Origin: an uncultured Methanosarcinales archaeon
GTDB taxonomy: Archaea > Nanobdellota > Nanobdellia > Woesearchaeales > UBA583
Length of the DNA stretch: 64,000 bases
Reading direction: 5' to 3'
NCBI GenBank assembly: GCA_964429995.1
Contig: CAYSDY010000002.1
Span: 6,019 to 70,018, forward strand
Position 1 is the first letter of the stretch. The number at the start of each line of letters is the position of its first letter. A model generated the notes under the pieces. The model had not been told where the DNA came from. It did not search any database and saw nothing but the letters and a program-made list of their open reading frames with translations. Shown here piece by piece: positions 27,069 to 37,477 of the stretch. Made by a program: the position numbers and the translations under genes.

Positions 27069-28073
27069 ATGGATGATAAAAATAATGTTTACAAAATAGA
27101 GAAAGATTTTCTAATTAATCTTAAAATGGGTGATATTAGAAAAGCGGATTTTCTTGATGTTGTTTATGATGATTCTTGCGTAAAAGAGATGGATATAAAA
27201 GATGTTTTATCTATTGATAAAAATATTATTTCAAGTATAGAATACAAAGAATCATTAAAATTAAAAAAGACTATAATTGAAAACTTTAAACACAATAGAA
27301 TTTTTTCTGTATTATCTGATACTAAGCTGAGTATTAATGGGAGTGGACAACTATATATTGTTGTTGAAAAAGATGTAAACATATTTCTTGATTTTGACAT
27401 GTCATCTTTATTGGCAGGATTAGTTGTTAATATAATTGTTAAAAATAAAAGTATCTGCAATATATTTGAAATAAATACAGGCGATAATTTTTACAAATTG
27501 TCATATATTTTTTGTGATGATAATTGTGTTGTTAATCATTATATTGTAAATAGTGATGTTAAAAGTTCCAATATATGTACTATAATAAAAGAATCAGGAA
27601 CATATTACACAGATATAATAAATCTTAACAAAAATGTTTCTCATAAAGGATTTACTTATCTTTATAACTTACAGCAAAACTCTGTTTCAGAACTTTTGCT
27701 TATTGCAATTGCTGAAAATGGATTTTCTATTGATTGTAGTGGACTTGTAAGAATATCTAAAGATGCTAAAAATGCATCTGGAAAACAAAATCTTAAAGGA
27801 TTTTTAATAGATGATGAATCTTTAATATTATTAAAACCGGATCTTGAAGTTTTAAATAATGATGTTGCATGTTCTCATAAGGCTGAGGTTTTTGATTTTT
27901 CCTATATGCAAAAATATTATATGGAATCTAGAGGCATATTTGAGGGTGATATATATGATATGATAATATTGGGAAAAGCCTTATTCTTTTTAAACAAAGC
28001 TTTTACATATTGTTTTATTAGTGATTTTAATAAATGCTTGGAAAAAAGTCTTCATCTAAAGATTTCTTCCTAA
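27069..28073 (+). CDS. sufD: Fe-S cluster assembly protein SufD-like
   Basis: The C-terminal region DVACSHKAEVFDFSYMQKYYMESRGIFEGDIYDMIILG matches the SufD/SufB β-helix C-terminus. It lies immediately downstream of sufB. No sufC is in the window. Confidence 0.7.
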   Translation: MDDKNNVYKIEKDFLINLKMGDIRKADFLDVVYDDSCVKEMDIKDVLSIDKNIISSIEYKESLKLKKTIIENFKHNRIFSVLSDTKLSINGSGQLYIVVEKDVNIFLDFDMSSLLAGLVVNIIVKNKSICNIFEINTGDNFYKLSYIFCDDNCVVNHYIVNSDVKSSNICTIIKESGTYYTDIINLNKNVSHKGFTYLYNLQQNSVSELLLIAIAENGFSIDCSGLVRISKDAKNASGKQNLKGFLIDDESLILLKPDLEVLNNDVACSHKAEVFDFSYMQKYYMESRGIFEGDIYDMIILGKALFFLNKAFTYCFISDFNKCLEKSLHLKISS

Positions 28074-30048
28074 TGTATTCATAAAATTCTAAATAATTAT
28101 TTTCTTCTATTATCTTATTACTGTATGGAACTTTAAACATTATAGAATTTCCTGTATGTATATTATCAAAACTAAAATTTTTAAATTCAATCATTCCTTT
28201 TAACTGATAATCTTTATCAGTATAAAACAAAGTTATGTTGTATTCTATATCTTCTAATTCTAAAAGGGATATGCTATTTAGGTATTCTGAATCCTGATTT
28301 GGCCATATAGCTACCGATTCATGTGCATATTCTTCATTCTCAATAATTACTAAAACTTGACCATCTTCTTGATTGATTATTCTTTTACCAATTTGTGTAT
28401 CCTTATCTATAAGAAGTACATATTCAGCACTGTCAAATTTGAATTCTTTTAATCTTATCATCTCAAAATCAACTCTATTGTCTCCTATGAAAGTTTCTCT
28501 TCTTAACAATGAATTATCTGTATCTATCCTTTTTTTTGATGTTAAATACCCATCTTTTTGTGCAATTACATACCCTCCTATGCAAAATGGAAACTTTACT
28601 TGTAATTCTGGGTCTGCGTATTGTCTTGTAATTCCTAGATATTTTGGTTTTTGAGTTGTTCCCATATCACATTTGATTCCCATGCATTGGTATGATATTG
28701 CAACATTATCTATAGGATTTAGATCAATATCGCTTGTTGTTATTAAAAGATCATATTTCATGTTGTTTTCGGAACAATAATCTTTCTTGTTAAATGTTAA
28801 ACCACTGTTTTCTGATATTATTATGTTGTTGTTTTTAGGTTCGTTGTTATCTATCTTAATTCTTATTGGAAATTGAAAGACAAAATTAGAATTGTCTTTT
28901 GAGTCTTTTAATTTTACTATAAGGTCATAATCAAGAGTGTATAAGTGATGGTATATCTGAATACATGGGATTGGTATCTGCCATCCTAAATTCATATCAA
29001 GTGTCATTGCTTCTGTTATTATACCATTACTTGGGGTTACATCAAAAGTTCTGTATGGATATCTTTTAAAATATCCGCTTTGATTGTTGATTTCTGTTGA
29101 TGGCATAAAAACTTGAACATCATAATTAGTGTAACTTTTTTTTTTATTATCAAGACTAATCCTGTACATATTGTTGTAATAAGATTTTATTTCCTTGTAA
29201 TCATCAAGATTGCTTAGTGCTGATTCTAATAAAATATTTTGTTTTTCTAGTGTGCCTTCAAACTGTAGGTATTTAAAATTGTTATTGTTCATGCTTGCAA
29301 GATTTTTTTTTAAATTATCTATTGTCCATATTCTTTTTGCACATGAAAAGAACATTCCTTCAGATGGCATTGATATATCAGATGAATAGTCGTTTGCCGA
29401 ATGAATTTGTTCTAAAACAAGTTTTTCAAAAAAATTACTTTTAGCTTGTTGATTATATATTTCTAGTGCTAGATTGTATAAATTTCCAAGATGGATATTT
29501 TCAAGTTTTACTACATAATTAGATATTGTAAGTATTTCATTTGAATTTTTTTCATTGAATCTTATATTTAGTTCTGATTCAATAACTATATTATAGTCAT
29601 TTATTATTGCATTTGTACTAAATGCATCTGAAACAGTTATATCAAACGATTCATTTAATGCTAAAAGATTTGATTTAATACATGAATAACTATTTGCAAG
29701 GATATATGATTCAAGTTCATTTTCCATAGATGATATTGTTGGAAAACTGTTTGTTGATGAATCCCAATTGGGTATTTTAATTCCAAAATCTGTGTATGAA
29801 AAAGGATTTGCATTTATAGATTTAGGTATTGATATATAACCTCCCTGAAGACCTATAAAATTTGCACCATTTTTTGCTGAATCATATATACAGTCTTTTA
29901 CTATTGCAGATACCTGGTTTTTTAATTTTGTATCATGGCTTTGGAAAATTTCTATTTCTGAGTTATATAGTAAAAATATTGAAACAATTACAAGTATTAT
30001 TCCTATTATTACAAATAAACTGACCTGAGATTTTTTTTTAGCATCCAT
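28027..30048 (-). CDS. large secreted protein (673 aa) with a pilin-type (class III-like) N-terminus KKS|QVSLFVIIGIILVIVSIFLLY
   Basis: The N-terminal motif K-S|Q-V-S plus a hydrophobic helix resembles the minor pilins at 16839 and 17261. The rest is N/S/Y-rich extracellular sequence. Confidence 0.55.
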   Translation of the reverse strand: MDAKKKSQVSLFVIIGIILVIVSIFLLYNSEIEIFQSHDTKLKNQVSAIVKDCIYDSAKNGANFIGLQGGYISIPKSINANPFSYTDFGIKIPNWDSSTNSFPTISSMENELESYILANSYSCIKSNLLALNESFDITVSDAFSTNAIINDYNIVIESELNIRFNEKNSNEILTISNYVVKLENIHLGNLYNLALEIYNQQAKSNFFEKLVLEQIHSANDYSSDISMPSEGMFFSCAKRIWTIDNLKKNLASMNNNNFKYLQFEGTLEKQNILLESALSNLDDYKEIKSYYNNMYRISLDNKKKSYTNYDVQVFMPSTEINNQSGYFKRYPYRTFDVTPSNGIITEAMTLDMNLGWQIPIPCIQIYHHLYTLDYDLIVKLKDSKDNSNFVFQFPIRIKIDNNEPKNNNIIISENSGLTFNKKDYCSENNMKYDLLITTSDIDLNPIDNVAISYQCMGIKCDMGTTQKPKYLGITRQYADPELQVKFPFCIGGYVIAQKDGYLTSKKRIDTDNSLLRRETFIGDNRVDFEMIRLKEFKFDSAEYVLLIDKDTQIGKRIINQEDGQVLVIIENEEYAHESVAIWPNQDSEYLNSISLLELEDIEYNITLFYTDKDYQLKGMIEFKNFSFDNIHTGNSIMFKVPYSNKIIEENNYLEFYEYIRKKSLDEDFFPSIY

Positions 30049-30049
30049 T

Positions 30050-30448
30050 TTATATTAAAGTTTTAAGATTTATTCTAGTTTTTTTTGCATTACATTTGTA
30101 CATTTCATTTTTTAGGTCTATGTATAATGGAATTATTGCTAGTTCATTTGGGTTTTTTGTTTTGATATTAAATTCCTGTTTGCTTTGAGGTGCTAAAGAA
30201 TGTATTGTTCTTTCATCATCTCCAAACAAAAAATCAATTTTTACTGTTCCTTTGTTTGCTATCTGGACTAAAACACCTGCATTTGCTTTTGTTTTTTTTG
30301 TAATCTCATAATTAATGTATTGACATTTTTCATGATCGCTTTGAAAAAACGAATTGAGTGAGACTGATAAAAGCAAACTTATGAAAAATCCTGCAACAAG
30401 TAGACATATTACATGAGATTGAATTGCTTTTCTGTTTTCTAAATTCAT
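30050..30448 (-). CDS. small secreted/membrane-anchored protein (132 aa), N-terminus RKA|IQSHVICLLVAGFFISLL
   Basis: Class III-like N-terminus. It abuts the 673-aa gene and sits in the same operon-like arrangement. Confidence 0.45.
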   Translation of the reverse strand: MNLENRKAIQSHVICLLVAGFFISLLLSVSLNSFFQSDHEKCQYINYEITKKTKANAGVLVQIANKGTVKIDFLFGDDERTIHSLAPQSKQEFNIKTKNPNELAIIPLYIDLKNEMYKCNAKKTRINLKTLI

Positions 30449-30518
30449 ATAAAATACCTGTAGCTTATTTTTAAAAAAATCTATTATTATCTTTTAGTAA
30501 TGAAAATAATTAAAATGA

Positions 30519-33338
30519 TTATTTACATTCTCCATTTAGGCATTTTTTACCAGAACCGCAACTCCACCCAGTATTTTTGATTGAATCAAAGCCAGGTTCA
30601 GGAAGTAGTGATAGTGATGTAAAAAAATCATAACATATAGGTATGTTATCACTTTTAGACTTATAAGATGGAGAGTTTACAAGTCCAGCACATTTACCAT
30701 CCTCTTTACAATACCCTTGGCTAAGATAGATATTTGTTGGTTTAGCATCGTTTTTTCCAACAGTTGATGTAAGTAGTTTCCAGCCTGCTGAATCCTGAGG
30801 GTTTGATTGAGTATAATACCATTTTTCGTCACAAAATACATTTTTGGTTTGAAATTCATGGTTGGAATAACTAGTAACAGGCCCAACTAATTGTCCTGTG
30901 TTTTCTGAAAGAAGTCCTGTGTCAAAAAGAAGGGTTTTGTCCATGTATTTTGTTTCTATTCTTCTACCTGTTGTTTTTAATTCACATGCTTGGCATTTTT
31001 CTGCATGTTGCTGAACTAAAAGATTTAATGATTTGATTTTTTGAGGTTTATAACTTTTAGCTTCTATAAAAAATTTTTCAATAGTTCCAAAGTTGATTCC
31101 TGATGGATATCCAAATTCTTGCAAATTATCTTCTCCTCTTGGTAGATTGCCTTCACATTTTATTACGATTTTGGCTTTTAGAAGTGATGTTATTTCAGGG
31201 TGTATATTCCATAATATTTTTTCAGATATTTCATTATCTTTGGATGTAAATCTGTAACATATGTAGAGAAGTGTATCAAGTGCAGTTTCTCCTTTTTTAA
31301 GTATTTTAGGATCAAGAAGATTTAAAGAATTAGCTGATCCTTTTTCATATGCTTTTACATCACTATCAACTTTGTTTATATCACAACATGTTGCATTAAA
31401 CATTGAATCTGTAACATTTGGACCAAGACAGTATGCAGGATATGCTTTAAATATAAATGATTCACTTACAGGGTTTTCCGGGTCATGTTTTAAAAAAACA
31501 TCAACCTTGTATTCATATAGTTTTCCGTCTGGTTTTATATCTATACTATATCCTTTCTTATCTTCGGAGTATCCTATTTCACTAAAATCAGAACTTCCTT
31601 CACTTTTTTCATAAAATTTAATTTCAAACAATTTATCACTAAATATACAACTTTTAAGAAATGATAACTTTGAATTTTTTGGTTCACTATCTTGCATTGC
31701 ACCTGAAAAATATGGTACAAGACCAAAAGCTTCTGCTTTTTGCGATCCTTTTCTTCTTTCATATATCTTGTCTTTAAAAGTGGCATGTATTGGAAATCTT
31801 TCATTTGAGTCAGGGTAATTTGAAAATTTAAAGCAGTTTTTTGCATCGGTATTATTTGCATTATCAGTTACGCCAGTTATAAAATTTATCTTATAATCTC
31901 TTTTTGTTTCACCATCAGTTACCTGTATTATGAAGGTATAGATTTTTTCCCTAAAAGCCTTAAATGACATTATTCCATCTTTTGTGATTGAGAACTGTCC
32001 ATCTGTAGAATCATATGAATCTTCTATAAAATAAAAAAGATGATTGTCATAAAACTGTATATCTTTTGTATAGTTTGTAAGATTGTATGATACAAAATAA
32101 TTCTTTGCACATACAAATGTTATTTCATCATCATTTTCTATCACATCAAGTTCTGAAAAATTAATTTTTGGTGCCATATTTTCATATCCAAAATTAAGTA
32201 CATAAGGATTTCCATCGATAATTGAAGACCTATCTATTAAAGAGTACATGAATTTTTTATGTTCATTATCATTTTTTATTATTTTTACATTAAGAGATAT
32301 GTCTTTTAACATGGTTCTTTTAAAATATTCACTCTTTGACATTGTGTTTATGAATGAAGATGAATCAAGATAATCTATCATTTTATTCTTGTAATATTTT
32401 TCATTTATCAGAATTTTTGCAAAATCAAGAAGTGTTTTTAATCTTATATTATTCTTTATGCTTGAACTTTGGTATGTTATTGTGTGTTTGCTATTTTTAT
32501 CGTATACATTTATTGTAAACAAAGAATTTATACTCACACTTTCTTCATTGATGCTTATGTTTAATATTGGACTCTTATTGATATTTACAACTGCAAAATT
32601 ATTGAAATCACTTATTTCTCTATTTTCAAGATTATTTATTTCACTAATGTGGGCAGTAAAAATAGCATTAGTTTCATCTTTTTTTATAATTTTTCCCGTA
32701 AATTTCTGATTATTTGTTAACATCATAATAGTATCATTTATGTCAGCATCAATATTATTTATTACGATTTCTTTTTTAGAATAATCAATATGTTTTAATT
32801 GTCCTAAGTATTGATTAAAGTTTGTTTCATAGCCTTGAAAGTTTGAAAAATCAAGACAATTTAGAAAATTAGCTCTTACATAATCTTCTATATCTTCTTT
32901 TATTGTGTGACTAAATACTGTTTCTCCCTGAAGTGTTAAAGTATTTTTTTCAAGTTGAGGGTATTGTGGATAAATATATGAGTAAGCCATTGCTTTATCA
33001 GAAAGAAAATTCCAGTTAAGACCTAAATTAGATATTAGCTTTTCATTATAAGTATTTTTAGGAATTATGCCTTGAATATAATATTCATCTCTTCTATATA
33101 TGTATCCACCTCTAAGTCCTGCAATTATTAATGCATTCTTAAGGTTTCTACTAAGACAATGATCTATTTTTGTTTTTATGTTTATTAGTTCATCGTTTTT
33201 ATTGTCTTCATTTTTTATTGGAATATCTATTCTATCTTCATCAGTTTGTTTTTTATAACTTGCAAGAGAAATAAAAAGTACTACTATTATTAGAACTATT
33301 ATTAAAAAAATAGTTATTTGGGCTTTTTTAACTTTCAT
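30519..33338 (-). CDS. giant secreted protein (939 aa) with pilin-type N-terminus KKA|QITIFLIIVLIIVVLF and a Cys-rich C-terminal module
   Basis: The N-terminal motif matches the class III consensus [KR]-[GAS]|Q. The C-terminal ~70 aa contain 8 Cys (…GWSCGSGKKCLNGECK), an EGF-like knot. Confidence 0.6.
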   Translation of the reverse strand: MKVKKAQITIFLIIVLIIVVLFISLASYKKQTDEDRIDIPIKNEDNKNDELINIKTKIDHCLSRNLKNALIIAGLRGGYIYRRDEYYIQGIIPKNTYNEKLISNLGLNWNFLSDKAMAYSYIYPQYPQLEKNTLTLQGETVFSHTIKEDIEDYVRANFLNCLDFSNFQGYETNFNQYLGQLKHIDYSKKEIVINNIDADINDTIMMLTNNQKFTGKIIKKDETNAIFTAHISEINNLENREISDFNNFAVVNINKSPILNISINEESVSINSLFTINVYDKNSKHTITYQSSSIKNNIRLKTLLDFAKILINEKYYKNKMIDYLDSSSFINTMSKSEYFKRTMLKDISLNVKIIKNDNEHKKFMYSLIDRSSIIDGNPYVLNFGYENMAPKINFSELDVIENDDEITFVCAKNYFVSYNLTNYTKDIQFYDNHLFYFIEDSYDSTDGQFSITKDGIMSFKAFREKIYTFIIQVTDGETKRDYKINFITGVTDNANNTDAKNCFKFSNYPDSNERFPIHATFKDKIYERRKGSQKAEAFGLVPYFSGAMQDSEPKNSKLSFLKSCIFSDKLFEIKFYEKSEGSSDFSEIGYSEDKKGYSIDIKPDGKLYEYKVDVFLKHDPENPVSESFIFKAYPAYCLGPNVTDSMFNATCCDINKVDSDVKAYEKGSANSLNLLDPKILKKGETALDTLLYICYRFTSKDNEISEKILWNIHPEITSLLKAKIVIKCEGNLPRGEDNLQEFGYPSGINFGTIEKFFIEAKSYKPQKIKSLNLLVQQHAEKCQACELKTTGRRIETKYMDKTLLFDTGLLSENTGQLVGPVTSYSNHEFQTKNVFCDEKWYYTQSNPQDSAGWKLLTSTVGKNDAKPTNIYLSQGYCKEDGKCAGLVNSPSYKSKSDNIPICYDFFTSLSLLPEPGFDSIKNTGWSCGSGKKCLNGECK

Positions 33339-34158
33339 TTTTTTTAGGCTTAAATGTGATAAAAAGTATTGTTAATATTAAAATTATAGTTGTGTATTTT
33401 AAGTATTTATATATACTGTCATTTTCATGGACTGTTATTTTTATATTGTTTTTATCTTTTGTTGTTAGTGTTTTATTGATCGTATAATTTATTTTTACTG
33501 GCGGATTTTCAATATTCCATGAAATTAATGGGTCTGCTTTTTCTATTTTATATGGATAATTACTGTATGGTATTAGAATATCCTTGTTTTCATCATTAAG
33601 TTCTTCTATTACGCTTTTATCTATGTCAGCCTTAATTTTTAGAGGAACTTTTGACTCAACAGATATTATTATGTCAGTAGTTCCCATCTCTGGGTTATCA
33701 TTAAATATTGTTTCAACATTATAATTAGTATTTTTTTGAATGCTATTTGAATGTTCATAAATTAATGTATTACTTGCAGTTACTATTCTTGCAGTATATC
33801 TGTTTAAAGTATTATATTTAAAATCATCATCTGTACATGTTTCTTTGTATGATAAGATTTCTTTTTTGTAATTTATTTGTTTTCTGCATATTGTTTTTGA
33901 TTCCTTAATATTTTCTTTTACTATTTCAAACATGTAAGTACCTTCATTAAGTTCACCTATCTCATAAGATATATCAAGGCTTTGATTTACTTGAGTCATG
34001 TATATTAATTTTAGTGGTATTGATTTTGTTTTGACATAATCGTAGTTTTTAGTATCTATTTCTTTCTGAAAATCGTTAGTGTCTATATTTTCGTATGCAA
34101 AACAGGTGCTAGCAATTGTAAATATTATAAGCAAAAAAGATAATATATTTTTTTTCAT
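33328..34158 (-). CDS. secreted protein (276 aa) with a Sec signal peptide and a C-terminal TM anchor
   Basis: N-terminus MKKNILSFLLIIFTIASTCFA. C-terminus TTIILILTILFITFKPKK. It is first in the minus-strand operon 34158->28027. Confidence 0.5.
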   Translation of the reverse strand: MKKNILSFLLIIFTIASTCFAYENIDTNDFQKEIDTKNYDYVKTKSIPLKLIYMTQVNQSLDISYEIGELNEGTYMFEIVKENIKESKTICRKQINYKKEILSYKETCTDDDFKYNTLNRYTARIVTASNTLIYEHSNSIQKNTNYNVETIFNDNPEMGTTDIIISVESKVPLKIKADIDKSVIEELNDENKDILIPYSNYPYKIEKADPLISWNIENPPVKINYTINKTLTTKDKNNIKITVHENDSIYKYLKYTTIILILTILFITFKPKKNES

Positions 34159-34292
34159 GTATAATTAGGTATAAAAATAGTTTATAAATTTTTGTTTAAA
34201 CTATAAGTAGTCTAATAATATTCTATATATATTTATGTGTTATTTTTAATACATTAACAAATCTTTTTATATTATAAGATTATTGTTATACT

Positions 34293-34775
34293 ATGAAGAT
34301 ATTATTTGTTTGTACAGGAAATGTTTTTAGAAGTATGTCTGCTCATCATTGTTTTTTATCATATACTAAACAACATAAAATAAACGATTTTTATGTATCA
34401 TCAGCCGGAACTAATCCTCATTTTGAGGGGATTGATGCAAATGTTATAAAAAAACTTGCTCAATTAGGAATTGATGCATCATTACATGTTCCAAGAAAAA
34501 TTGATGAACATATAATAAAAAACAATGACATAATCGTTTCAATGTCAACAGATCACAAAGAATTTTTAAAAGAAAATTTTAATATTGATTCTTATTTATT
34601 TAATGAAATAGCTTACAATTTAAAAACACCAATACTTGATAATTGGGAAGTTATTAAAGATTACAAAACCAATAAATCTGCTTTTGATGATTATAATTCT
34701 CAAGTTGTTGAGTACATATATGTGTCAATGCCATATTTTGTTAAGAATTTAATTAATATGTTGCAAAATAAATAA
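34293..34775 (+). CDS. low-molecular-weight protein tyrosine phosphatase / ArsC-like
   Basis: P-loop MKILFVCTGNVFRSMSA (CX5R-S). A DPY-like motif lies further along in the C-terminal half. Confidence 0.65.
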   Translation: MKILFVCTGNVFRSMSAHHCFLSYTKQHKINDFYVSSAGTNPHFEGIDANVIKKLAQLGIDASLHVPRKIDEHIIKNNDIIVSMSTDHKEFLKENFNIDSYLFNEIAYNLKTPILDNWEVIKDYKTNKSAFDDYNSQVVEYIYVSMPYFVKNLINMLQNK

Positions 34776-34914
34776 CAATAATTATTGAGTATTGTTTTTG
34801 TGCTAATAATCTCTTAAATAGGATTTTGTTAAAATTTGTATAATATTAAATCTAAGCGATATTTTTGCTTATTTTAGATAATGTTTATAAATAAAAAACA
34901 GTTACCACTGCATA

Positions 34915-35364
34915 ATGGTAAATAAATATAACATTAAAAAAGAAGGTAACAACAGTATGTATAGCGGATTTAAAAAACCGGTTTTAGCTTTAGGATTATA
35001 CACTTGTCTAGCTTTAGGAAATCCTGTTTATTTACAGGCTCAGGTATTACCTAGATTACCACAGACAAATGCTGGAATAGAAGCATGTTTAAATGAAGTT
35101 ATTCCTGGAAACAATAAGAATGGATCTAACACTACAATGTTTTTAAGTTATTTAAATAGATTTGAAGATAAAATGGCTTATTTAGAGTCTTTAAAATCAT
35201 GTGAAGAAAATAAAGAGAAAGAAAATAATGGTATTAGAAAATCTTCTCTTTTCGGTGGTGGTTCATGTTCAGGTAATGCTTTTTCTGGTTTTCCAGATGA
35301 TCGTGATTTTGATGGAAGAGATCCTGATTTCCCTTCTGATGATGATGGAAATGAGACTTGGTAA
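34915..35364 (+). CDS. secreted hypothetical protein (149 aa)
   Basis: An internal Met followed by a signal-like segment PVLALGLYTCLALGNPVYLQA. The C-terminal half is D/G-rich. Confidence 0.4.
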   Translation: MVNKYNIKKEGNNSMYSGFKKPVLALGLYTCLALGNPVYLQAQVLPRLPQTNAGIEACLNEVIPGNNKNGSNTTMFLSYLNRFEDKMAYLESLKSCEENKEKENNGIRKSSLFGGGSCSGNAFSGFPDDRDFDGRDPDFPSDDDGNETW

Positions 35365-35406
35365 GTATATAATTACTTTTATTTCTTTTTAAAAAATATA
35401 AATATT

Positions 35407-35619
35407 TTACTTATTAATGAGTTCATTATCATCAAAAAAAAATATTTCATCAACTTTTGAGTTTAATTCTTTTGCTATCTGAAAAGCGAGTTTTAATGAT
35501 GGATTATATTTTCCAGACTCTATAAATAATATAGTTTCTCTTCTAACACCTGTTCTTTCTGCAAGTTGTTCCTGAGTAAGTTTATGTTTAGCCCTTAATT
35601 CTTTTATTCTTGTTCTCAT
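35407..35619 (-). CDS. XRE-family helix-turn-helix transcriptional regulator (70 aa)
   Basis: [49 protein letters not shown] is a canonical Cro/CI-type HTH. Confidence 0.8.
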   Translation of the reverse strand: MRTRIKELRAKHKLTQEQLAERTGVRRETILFIESGKYNPSLKLAFQIAKELNSKVDEIFFFDDNELINK

Positions 35620-36014
35620 TCTATATCTCCTTTATTATATAAGAATTTTTGAAATGCTATTGCAGATATTATCATTGTTGCAAAAACAATACTGTAATAT
35701 GTTTGTGTTGTAATGTTTAAAAATCCAAAATAATCAAACCAGAAAAGTACTGTTATTAAAATGAATGTTGTTATCCATGAATAACTTAAACCATACAATG
35801 AAAGTTTTTTGATTCTTTCGTCTTTTTTTACAAGTTCGCTTTGTCTTATTTTTCTTATAATTCCTATTATTATCATAGTAATTCCAATGCTTAAAACAGA
35901 AGAAGATATTTGAGCATTTCTTCTATTGAATCCAATAAGAAAACCTGCTGTTACTAAAAAAATTATTCCTAATGCAATTATTAGGTTATATTTTAATGAA
36001 TTTTGTTTTTTCAT
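35616..36014 (-). CDS. small 4-TM membrane protein (132 aa), ATGA-coupled to the XRE regulator downstream
   Basis: Hydrophobic profile only. The two-gene module (HTH-XRE plus a DUF membrane protein) is a recurring pairing. Confidence 0.5.
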   Translation of the reverse strand: MKKQNSLKYNLIIALGIIFLVTAGFLIGFNRRNAQISSSVLSIGITMIIIGIIRKIRQSELVKKDERIKKLSLYGLSYSWITTFILITVLFWFDYFGFLNITTQTYYSIVFATMIISAIAFQKFLYNKGDIE

Positions 36015-36337
36015 ATTTTTTGCCTCTCTAATTTATAATTTGAAACTTTGCGATTATTTGTTATTTATTTTAAACTTTTTGTTATGTTAATGCAACATAA
36101 TGTTAATTATATGTAACATTTGTTTTAAAAACTTTTTGTAAATTATTGTGTTTTAACGTTTTTTTTAAAAATATTTATGAATAAAGTTGAAAAGATATGC
36201 CTTAAATGTTGTTTTTTTCATAAGTATTATAAATATCTAAGAAATAGTCTTTTTAGATTTGGATTTAATGTGATGTTCTTATTATTTTGTGTATTTGCAT
36301 GAATTGATTAAATCATTGAAATAGAGGTTAGTATAGA

Positions 36338-36820
36338 ATGACTGAGAAGGATTATAGGGGTAATGTAACTGCGATAATTATCAATAAGCATAAAAAAGTT
36401 CTTATGTGTGAACACATATGGATAGATAATGCTTGGCAGTTTCCTCAAGGAGGAATTGAGCCAGGAGAAAGTGCTGAACATGCACTTTATAGGGAATTAA
36501 GTGAAGAGATAGGAACAGATAAGCTTATTATAATAGATAAGATGGATAAGCCATTAAAATATCATTTTCCACATTATCTTAAAGAAAAATATAATATGGA
36601 AGGCAATGAACAAAATTTTTTTCTTGTATATTTTTATGGTGATGATTCAGAAATAAGATTTGATAATCAGCCTAAGCCAGAGTTTAAATCATTTAAATGG
36701 GTTGATTATAGTATGCCTGCACAAGAGGTTATATATTTTAAGAAGTTATCTTATCATAGGGCTTTACAGTATTTTTATGATGTATATGAAAAACTTGACG
36801 TTTTAAGTATTAAAACTTGA
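36338..36820 (+). CDS. NUDIX hydrolase
   Basis: Nudix box GGIEPGESAEHALYRELSEEIG (GX5EX7REUXEEXGU). Confidence 0.85.
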   Translation: MTEKDYRGNVTAIIINKHKKVLMCEHIWIDNAWQFPQGGIEPGESAEHALYRELSEEIGTDKLIIIDKMDKPLKYHFPHYLKEKYNMEGNEQNFFLVYFYGDDSEIRFDNQPKPEFKSFKWVDYSMPAQEVIYFKKLSYHRALQYFYDVYEKLDVLSIKT

Positions 36821-36832
36821 CGTTTTAAGTAC
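36790..36832. repeat. tandem duplication of a 20-bp unit, AAAACTTGACGTTTTAAGTA x2. Each unit can form an AAAAC/GTTTT hairpin.
   Basis: gaAAAACTTGACGTTTTAAGTAttAAAACTTGACGTTTTAAGTAct. The second copy contains the NUDIX stop codon. It lies between convergent genes. Confidence 0.7.
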
Positions 36833-37397
36833 TTTTTGCTAGAATTAATGCAAATATTACTATTACTGTAAGAAATAGGAATGCAGATACTGTATCGTTA
36901 TCCATTCTATCAAAAAAGGCTTTAGAGTTTTCTTCTGTTACTATGTCATCATAACCTATGTTAAATTCAGGGTTTATTGCATATGGATCATCCTGTGGAT
37001 TGCTTGTGTCAAAAACATTGTTTATGCTAAAAAATGCCTTTAACATGATTACAGAAAAAAGTACTAAAAGACATATTACAAATATTTTTACGTTTGAATT
37101 ATTTTGACCTTTTAGATAAGATGTACCATCTACACCTAAAAAGGCCAATATAGTTATTATGAAAAATATTGTTAATATTATTACAGAAAATATATTCATC
37201 CCATATGAAATTGTGTATGATATTATACCTGTAAGGGAAACAAAAATAGCTGCAATTATTGATATTAGAGAATTTATGTGTTTACTTTCGCTTATCGGTT
37301 TAAACTTTTGAAGTATTGAGAAGATTATTACATAAATCAGAATTCCTGCTAGAAATACTTTTAAAGGTTCAATTAGGTTTTCAGTAAAAATTGCCAT
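36825..37397 (-). CDS. polytopic membrane protein (190 aa), hypothetical
   Basis: Five predicted TM helices. Confidence 0.45.
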   Translation of the reverse strand: MAIFTENLIEPLKVFLAGILIYVIIFSILQKFKPISESKHINSLISIIAAIFVSLTGIISYTISYGMNIFSVIILTIFFIITILAFLGVDGTSYLKGQNNSNVKIFVICLLVLFSVIMLKAFFSINNVFDTSNPQDDPYAINPEFNIGYDDIVTEENSKAFFDRMDNDTVSAFLFLTVIVIFALILAKST

Positions 37398-37477
37398 ATT
37401 TTATATGATTTTTTTTTGTTTAAAAAACTATCGCTTATAAAACATTTTTCTCTGAAAAGTTGTGACATAAATATAAT

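Noticed and set aside
35201-35392. A 63-aa +-strand ORF overlapping the 3' end of 34915-35364.
   Set aside because: It is an out-of-frame overlap with an implausible hydrophobic/low-complexity translation and no start context.
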